From positions 18,089 through 82,088 of the forward strand of contig JBAZJW010000003.1 in the NCBI GenBank assembly GCA_041651055.1: a stretch of DNA of 64,000 nt, read 5' to 3'. The DNA is from Minisyncoccota bacterium. Its GTDB lineage: Bacteria > Patescibacteriota > Minisyncoccia > Phycocordibacterales > UBA5272. The position numbers and the translations under genes are program-made. Numbering within the stretch: the stretch's first letter is position 1; each line of letters opens with the position of its first letter. This document shows, one piece after another, positions 57,793 to 64,000 of the stretch. The notes beneath the pieces are model-generated. The model had not been told where the DNA came from. It did not search any database and was given only the letters and a program-made list of their open reading frames with translations.

Positions 57793-58180
57793 CACAATGC
57801 TCACCAACATAAGAACCCAAATTAAAACAAACCCAGCAGAACCCAATCTCATCTTTGATCCTATAACACTAATGACTCTACACTTATTATCAATAAACAA
57901 AACCAAATATTGCATCCATCAATCACAATGCTAACAAACATAGACCTACAAATCAAAACAAGCCTCACAACCTCAAACCACATCATTGATCCAATAACAT
58001 CAAAGACCCCACACCATCTCCAAATAGATAAACCCAAATACAATTACCACCCACAATGCTAACCAATATCGACTTACAGATCAAGACCGGACTAACAACC
58101 TCAGACTTCATAATAAAAGGAGCCACAGACTTCAAATACTGGGCCGAAACCCTATACGACTACACAATCAAACCATACCA
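57793..58180 (+). repeat. three diverged tandem ~130-bp copies of the terL 5' end (CACAATGCT.AC.AA.AT...)
   Basis: unit starts at 57793, 57924, 58052 (ATGs at 57797, 57928, 58056; not in frame with one another). Copies 1-2 encode MLTNIRTQIKTNPAEP.. and MLTNIDLQIKTSLTTS.. versus the real MLTNIDLQIKTGLTTS.. Confidence 0.65.
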
Positions 58181-59600
58181 CATCGAATGGGCCAACAACC
58201 TAACACAACAAACACGCTCCTCAACCATCGCAGCAAGAGGACTAGGCAAATCACTCATACTAGGAACCCTAATGCCCATCTGGCTAAGCTTCTACGACTA
58301 CACACCACAGACAACAAACCTAAAAGGAATAGTAATAGCAGCCCAAAACCTAAGCCAAAGCACTAAACTAATGATGAACATCCGAAACCACATCAACAAA
58401 ACAGAACTAACACAACTACTCATACCAAAAACAGGAGACTACACCTGGACCAAAAAAGAAATAAACACCACAACCGACTGGAAAATAAACGTACTACCAT
58501 ACAGCGACAACGCAAGAGGACCACACGTCCCATACCTCCTAATGGAAGAAGCAGGTCTATTCACCGACCTAGAAATATACACAGACGTATTCCTACCAAT
58601 GATCCAAAGAGCCAACGGCAACGCAATGTTATTAGGGACCCCAAAAACAGCATACGACCTGCTAGCAAGAAGCCAAATACCCGGAAGCGGATACCAGATA
58701 AGCAAATACCCCCTAATCAAAAACGGAGAATGCATCCTACCAGAAATATTCCCCCCAGAACGAATACAACAAATACGAAAAGACATCGGAGAACTAAGCT
58801 TCGCAAGAGAATACCTACTCGAAATAGTAGGAGAAGGACGAGCAATAAAAACACAACACATAATAGACAGCCTAGACCCAACAGAAACCTTCACCACACT
58901 AGGAACCGAAACAGGAGAATACTACATAGGAGCAGACCTAGCACTATCCCCCACAGGAGACTACACAGTACTAACAGTCATAGAACGCTACAATGGACGC
59001 TACCACATCCGCAAAATAGAAGAATACCGCGGCATGAGCTTCGACAACCAAATAAACACCATAGCCACCCTATACAAACAATACAACCCCGTCACCCTAC
59101 TAATAGACGAAAGCAACTTCGGAGGAATAGTAACCCAAAAACTACAAACACAATACAACATACCAGCCCAAAGCATCAAATTCCTCCCAACCACCCGCAA
59201 CACCATGCTCATAAGACTAATAAACACCTTCACATCAAACAAAATAACCATACCACGAAACCCCAACTGCCCCACCACCCTCACACTAACAGACCACCTA
59301 CTAGACCAAATAAGCAGCCTACACAGCGACAAAACACGCAGCGGCCAAGACACCTACAAAGCATCAACAAAACACGATGATTCTTTAATGTCCCTAGCAC
59401 TAGCCCTACACGCAGCAGGAGACACAGACAACTACCAAGAAACAGCCATACTAACAGCCAAACCACCAACAAACCAAACACAACAAAACAAGATAATACA
59501 AGACAACTACTATGAAACAATACAAAAAATGAGACAAAAACCAATAAAAGAAACCAAAGAATACGGATCAGCCTTCAACAAATGGCTACCACACAACTAA
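58056..59600 (+). CDS. terL: terminase large subunit
   Basis: Walker A AARGLGKSLILG, Walker B-like VPYLLMEEAG, C-terminal RNase H-like nuclease Asp motifs YYIGADLALSPTGDYTVLTVIE and LLIDESNFGG; strongly A/C-rich codon usage. Confidence 0.65.
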   Translation: MLTNIDLQIKTGLTTSDFIIKGATDFKYWAETLYDYTIKPYHIEWANNLTQQTRSSTIAARGLGKSLILGTLMPIWLSFYDYTPQTTNLKGIVIAAQNLSQSTKLMMNIRNHINKTELTQLLIPKTGDYTWTKKEINTTTDWKINVLPYSDNARGPHVPYLLMEEAGLFTDLEIYTDVFLPMIQRANGNAMLLGTPKTAYDLLARSQIPGSGYQISKYPLIKNGECILPEIFPPERIQQIRKDIGELSFAREYLLEIVGEGRAIKTQHIIDSLDPTETFTTLGTETGEYYIGADLALSPTGDYTVLTVIERYNGRYHIRKIEEYRGMSFDNQINTIATLYKQYNPVTLLIDESNFGGIVTQKLQTQYNIPAQSIKFLPTTRNTMLIRLINTFTSNKITIPRNPNCPTTLTLTDHLLDQISSLHSDKTRSGQDTYKASTKHDDSLMSLALALHAAGDTDNYQETAILTAKPPTNQTQQNKIIQDNYYETIQKMRQKPIKETKEYGSAFNKWLPHN

Positions 59601-60325
59601 AACACCAAACTAATCAAGCCACACAATCAACTGACACAATCAACTGACACAATCAACTGACACAACTAACAGAGACAACTAACAGAGACAAACAAACCAA
59701 AAAACCAACCAAGACAACACAAGTAAACAAAGACAACCAAACACACAACATACCAATATGAATAAGCAAAGACAACTAACACAACTAACAGAAACAACAC
59801 AACCAAACCACGCAACTAAGCAGACAAAGATAACTAAACCAAACAACAAACTAACACAACCAAAACAAGACAACTAAAACAAGACAACTAAACCAAGACA
59901 ATTAGATCATACAATAAAACCATACAACCAAACCAAGACAGATAAACTAAAAAAACTAACTAACTCAACTGTTAAGAATCAAAACAACTAACAGAGATAA
60001 CATAACCAAATCACACAATTAATCAAAATAACTAAACAACACAATTAGATCATACAACTAAACCATACAACTAACTAACACAACAAACCAAATAAAACAA
60101 ATCAAAAACAACCAAACACAAACCAATCAGAAAAATTTAATATAAATACTACAATACATATACAACTAATATATACCATACAAAACTAATTAATAAAAAA
60201 CCAAATAAACAAGCACTAAAACAAACAGATATCAAAACAAATAAATACAAAAACAAATAAAAACCAAATTAATAAAAAACAAGACTAAAAAACAACAATA
60301 ACATACAATCAATAAATATTACAAG
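59601..60325. repeat. ~720-bp almost pure A/C low-complexity spacer with short tandem repeats
   Basis: CACAATCAACTGA x3, CAACTAACAGAGACA x2, many CAA/ACA/CAAAC units; G and T nearly absent on + strand; no plausible ORF (the - strand 64-aa ORF is a composition artefact). Confidence 0.6.
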
Positions 60326-61744
60326 ATGACAACACCAAATCAAAAAACAAAAACCCAAAGAAGATCACAACCAATATCAACACACACACAAAACATACAA
60401 AACACCGGATTCCAAGGAATAATACCCACACTGCAAAAATTCATGTACGGAGAACAAAAAACAGACAACACCCCCGAACCGGAAATAGGAAACAAAGGAT
60501 ACAGCACCGGACTAACACTAAACAGGGCAAGCAAAGCAGACCTGGAAGCACTATACATAAGCGACCCAGTAATATTCAACGGAATAAACACCTACTACAA
60601 AACAATCCTCTCAAACCCCCCAACCCTGACAAACGGATCGGAAAAAGACCAAAAAAAACTAGACCAATTCAGCAAACAAATAAAACTACAAAGAAGCATA
60701 ATACCAAGCATAACCCAACACAGCCTCATATACGGAACCGCGTGGAATGAAAAAATCTACAACAAAGCCCCCAGAGGAAACATCCTACACAAAATACTCG
60801 GAATACCCACAAGAGACCCCAAACTAATGGACTTCCTAAGACACCAAAACACCAACTACATAAGATTCAACGAAGTAGGAGAACCGGAAGGATACTGCCA
60901 ATACATAGCTGACGGAATACACTACGAAGGAACCGACACCATAATAAACGGAACAAACAGCCTAAAAGCCATACCCTTCACCCCAAACAAAATAATGTGG
61001 ACCAACTACATAGCAGTAGGAGACACCTATGAAGGAATAGGCCTGGTCGAACCAATACTAAACAGCTCACTAGACAAAAACAACGCCCAAAAAGGATTCA
61101 GCGCATACATCTACCGACTAGGACACGGACTACTAGGCATCAAAGCAGGAAACGAAAGATTCATACCCTCAACCGACATGATACACAAAGCCATACAGAT
61201 CTTCAGCAACATAAACACCGAAACAGTAGTCTCCTACCCCTACTACCTACAACCCGAAATGATCGAACCCAAAAGAGGAATAGAACGACTAAGAGAACAA
61301 GTAGACTACTTCATAGACCAACAAATAGCCGGAATCGGTTTGCCAGCATGCTTAGTAACAGGCCAAGGAACTTCTATGAACCGCAGCATCCTGGACAAAA
61401 TGATGATGCTATTCTACCAAAGCCTCACCATGATCCAAAACAACATATCTATAAGCATAGAAGACAACCTATCCCAAGAACTAATGGACATATACGGACT
61501 AGACAACCCCCCAAGACTAGAATGGCCCGACATAAACATAGAAAGCATGGACAGCAAAGCAAACAGGCTAAGCACATACGCAAAAGCAGGCCTGCTAGGA
61601 GCCACCCCAATGCTGCAGACATACATACGACACTCAGAACACCTACCCCAAGAAGGAGACAACACGCCCAACACGCCAGACACCCAATCAAACGAAGACC
61701 AGGAGAACCACAAATCAAAGCTGGATTCAATCCTCGACTTCTAA
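60326..61744 (+). CDS. putative portal protein (472 aa)
   Basis: size and position immediately after terL in a co-oriented packaging block; no motif verified. Confidence 0.35.
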   Translation: MTTPNQKTKTQRRSQPISTHTQNIQNTGFQGIIPTLQKFMYGEQKTDNTPEPEIGNKGYSTGLTLNRASKADLEALYISDPVIFNGINTYYKTILSNPPTLTNGSEKDQKKLDQFSKQIKLQRSIIPSITQHSLIYGTAWNEKIYNKAPRGNILHKILGIPTRDPKLMDFLRHQNTNYIRFNEVGEPEGYCQYIADGIHYEGTDTIINGTNSLKAIPFTPNKIMWTNYIAVGDTYEGIGLVEPILNSSLDKNNAQKGFSAYIYRLGHGLLGIKAGNERFIPSTDMIHKAIQIFSNINTETVVSYPYYLQPEMIEPKRGIERLREQVDYFIDQQIAGIGLPACLVTGQGTSMNRSILDKMMMLFYQSLTMIQNNISISIEDNLSQELMDIYGLDNPPRLEWPDINIESMDSKANRLSTYAKAGLLGATPMLQTYIRHSEHLPQEGDNTPNTPDTQSNEDQENHKSKLDSILDF

Positions 61745-61758
61745 ACCACATAAAAAAG

Positions 61759-63945
61759 ATGCCAAACCCCCAAACTAACACCAAACCACCACATGAAAAC
61801 AATGAGAAAATAGCGGAGTTGGTTCACTCCAACTCCGAAATAGGCTCGTCAGGATCCTCACCAACATCTTCCCCCGATTCCTCCGTCTCGGAAGCATCCT
61901 CGACTACGGAACCTCGCTCAGACTCGGCTTCATATCCTTCCTCGTTACAGGGATTGGTTCACGCCAATCCCACGTTACCTACGGAGTCGGTCTCTAAGAC
62001 CTCCTCGACGTTACAATTACAAGATGAATCATCTGTGAATGTTACATCAGACGTTACATTACGAGAACAAATAGCCAATCAATCCCATACTCAATGGTCT
62101 AAATGGATGGAATATCTATTCAATGAATCAAATCAATTAGAAGATGGAACAGTAAGCATCCCACCAACTAAAGTAAGCAGATGGAAGAGACAAATAGTTA
62201 CAGATTACAAAGACTTAACTATAGAAGAGCAGAATAGTGACTTAAAAGAAGCAGATATCTACATACAAATCTTTAATTCATACTTACATAATTCCAAAGA
62301 GACCTTAGATAATGCAGAGTTAGTTCAATCCAACTCTGAAATGAATGAATCAAGTGAAAAACCACTGAATAAAGAAGAAAAGAACGCTCCGACCAACTGC
62401 GAACTAATGAAGCCATTCACCCCAATGCAGATGACAAACAAACAAATGAACATAGAAGACATCAATTACTACTTCAACGACAAATACTCAGAGAAATACA
62501 TGCTATTCAACCAAACAAACAAAGGAACACACATATTCCTACATAAAGGAAGCAGATGGAACGGTTCAACAGTAAAGATATACAACGACAACAAAGAAGA
62601 GATAACTGACAGATACCCAGACATAGTATACCAAGCACCTGAACTGACAGATTACTCCATAATAGTGGAAGGAATAATAGAAAACAATGGAACACTAGAC
62701 TCTGGAACTCTAAATGGAACACCAAAAGGAACAGTAAACTCTGGAACACAGAATGAAACACTAAATGAAACACTAAATGGAACACTACAACTATACGACA
62801 TACTATACTACGACCAACCGATGAACAGATCACAGCTGATAGAAAGACTAAGAGTATTATTCATGAATATAAAAGACACTGAAAACATAAAGAAGAACAG
62901 ACCAATACCTGAGAAAAACATCAAACACATGATCAAACTAGCTAAAAAGATGGGAACAGGCATAATAAGACACCTAGACTCAGCCTACCATATCAATGAA
63001 CATGGAAACGACAAAGGATTCCAACTCTCAGACACTTCTGCAGCCTCCTCCACTAACACTGATACAATATATAATAATATACATACAATAGGCAACAACA
63101 CTTCTACAATACTAAAAGAGATATCAGACAAATTACCACAAACATTCATATCAGAATTAAGCAAAGCAAAAGACAACTGGATACCATTCACACTATCAAA
63201 GCATTACAGAGGACACAAAGAAGGAAATAATATAATAATGAATAGCGTACACCAGGATCTAAGATTCAACATCCCCAATTCAACAAACGTACAAGCAATA
63301 ACGATACTAACACCAGGAAACAATGAAAATCAGGACCTACTAACAATAGGGGAAGCAGCTAGAAATGGAAAGATAAGATTCCTGGTAAAAGAACCAGAAC
63401 CAATACAAAGCACAAAACCAACATACTACCAAGAGAATAACCCAGGAGCCACAACAGTACCTGGATTCAGCATAGTAGTAGCAGAAGGCCAATACACGCT
63501 CCTGGAATCAACAGATACCAAGCTACATATCGAATTAAACTGCATAGAGTCCTCATCCAGTGAAGGAGAGCATACAGTAAGAAAAAACAAGGAAGTCATA
63601 GATAAAGCGCTGGAAGCAGGGATCAAAGTAGACGAAATAGACTGGAGTACTTTAAAAGACATATCAGGGGTGTGGAGCCTAAGCGAAGCGCATATGACAG
63701 ACACTACAATACTACTTATGAGGCTTCTAAACAGGGGAACAGCAAGATTACTTGAAAAAGTAGACAAAACATGGATGGAACAAGTCAAAAAAGGACACAT
63801 ACACAAGACCGGAGTAAACAAGGAAAAACTATACAAAATAGCCCTTATGAGCGAAGAAGGATACTACAGACCAGAGATAGCCAAAGAGATAGGAACAAAC
63901 AAGGACACAGTATACAGATGGCAGAAAGCATTAGGATACTACTAA
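61759..63945 (+). CDS. hypothetical head-morphogenesis/structural protein (728 aa) with C-terminal HTH-like motif
   Basis: in-frame ATG after portal stop (the track ORF's first 137 codons overlap portal in an H/P/R-rich alternate frame and are discounted); internal repeats ELVHSNSE / ELVQSNSE and NGTL/NETL runs; C-terminal RPEIAKEIGTNKDTVYRWQK. Confidence 0.35.
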   Translation: MPNPQTNTKPPHENNEKIAELVHSNSEIGSSGSSPTSSPDSSVSEASSTTEPRSDSASYPSSLQGLVHANPTLPTESVSKTSSTLQLQDESSVNVTSDVTLREQIANQSHTQWSKWMEYLFNESNQLEDGTVSIPPTKVSRWKRQIVTDYKDLTIEEQNSDLKEADIYIQIFNSYLHNSKETLDNAELVQSNSEMNESSEKPLNKEEKNAPTNCELMKPFTPMQMTNKQMNIEDINYYFNDKYSEKYMLFNQTNKGTHIFLHKGSRWNGSTVKIYNDNKEEITDRYPDIVYQAPELTDYSIIVEGIIENNGTLDSGTLNGTPKGTVNSGTQNETLNETLNGTLQLYDILYYDQPMNRSQLIERLRVLFMNIKDTENIKKNRPIPEKNIKHMIKLAKKMGTGIIRHLDSAYHINEHGNDKGFQLSDTSAASSTNTDTIYNNIHTIGNNTSTILKEISDKLPQTFISELSKAKDNWIPFTLSKHYRGHKEGNNIIMNSVHQDLRFNIPNSTNVQAITILTPGNNENQDLLTIGEAARNGKIRFLVKEPEPIQSTKPTYYQENNPGATTVPGFSIVVAEGQYTLLESTDTKLHIELNCIESSSSEGEHTVRKNKEVIDKALEAGIKVDEIDWSTLKDISGVWSLSEAHMTDTTILLMRLLNRGTARLLEKVDKTWMEQVKKGHIHKTGVNKEKLYKIALMSEEGYYRPEIAKEIGTNKDTVYRWQKALGYY

Positions 63946-64000
63946 AAGTTGTCACTAATCTAAGTGAGAAAAATAGAGACAAAAAACCAGATAAACAACA

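Noticed and set aside
58730-59380. 216-aa H/P/R/N-rich ORF in an alternate frame of terL, and - strand ORFs 58439..58897, 59000..59353, 59281..59544
   Set aside because: Composition artefacts of the extreme A/C bias. terL motifs identify the real frame.
59679-59873. 64-aa Cys/Val/Leu/Phe-only - strand ORF
   Set aside because: Pure translation of the G/T-only complement of the A/C spacer; not a gene.
61348-61758. N-terminal 137 codons of the 865-aa track ORF overlapping the portal gene
   Set aside because: H/P/K/R/Q-rich alternate-frame read-through of the portal gene. An in-frame ATG at 61759 right after the portal stop is the plausible start.

Overview
The window is a low-GC (~33%), gene-dense, virus-like genome segment. 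Gene content points to a tailed double-stranded DNA virus, or a provirus, of an archaeon or possibly a bacterium. This rests on a canonical large terminase (terL), a portal-like gene, an Hjc-like resolvase, a Cas4-like nuclease, Shine-Dalgarno-coupled small genes and tRNA-like genes. The organisation falls into five blocks.

1. Structural block on the + strand (16-9434). It holds a giant multi-LamG, sequon-rich adhesin that is truncated at the window start, a 570-aa protein, a trypsin-like protease and a 204-aa protein.

2. Long array of small early/replication genes on the - strand (9.5-35.9 kb). Calls here include a glutaredoxin-fold protein, an Hjc-like resolvase, a Cas4-like Fe-S nuclease, a PAPS-reductase-like PP-loop protein and an OB-fold protein. 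A MoxR-AAA+ / vWA pair, YopX-like and YkgJ-like proteins, and many zinc-ribbon mini-proteins complete the array.

3. GC-richer block of 4.9 kb (36751-41634). It splits a LabA/NYN-like gene into N- and C-terminal halves. It begins inside an RNase P RNA-like sequence and ends inside a family-B DNA polymerase C-terminal fragment. In between it carries a cellular-type operon (gamma-glutamyl cyclotransferase-like, flotillin/SPFH, NfeD). This is most simply captured cellular DNA, or a chimeric assembly.

4. Second array of small genes on the - strand (42-56.4 kb), with a Cys-X5-Arg phosphatase, an HD-domain protein, a helix-hairpin-helix protein and two tandem tRNA-like genes.

5. Packaging block on the + strand (57.8-63.9 kb): a large terminase whose 5' end is tandemly triplicated upstream, a ~720-bp almost pure A/C low-complexity spacer, a portal-like gene and a 728-aa protein.

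Other notable sequence features are listed below.
- A conserved ~41-nt inter-gene linker is reused between at least six consecutive small genes.
- A ~65-bp promoter-like element is repeated 33 kb apart.
- An iteron-like repeat cluster sits at 54.7-55.0 kb.
- An ORF-free GC-richer segment lies at 56.9-57.6 kb.

No rRNA genes or CRISPR array are evident. All functional calls are from motif recognition by eye and need search-based confirmation.
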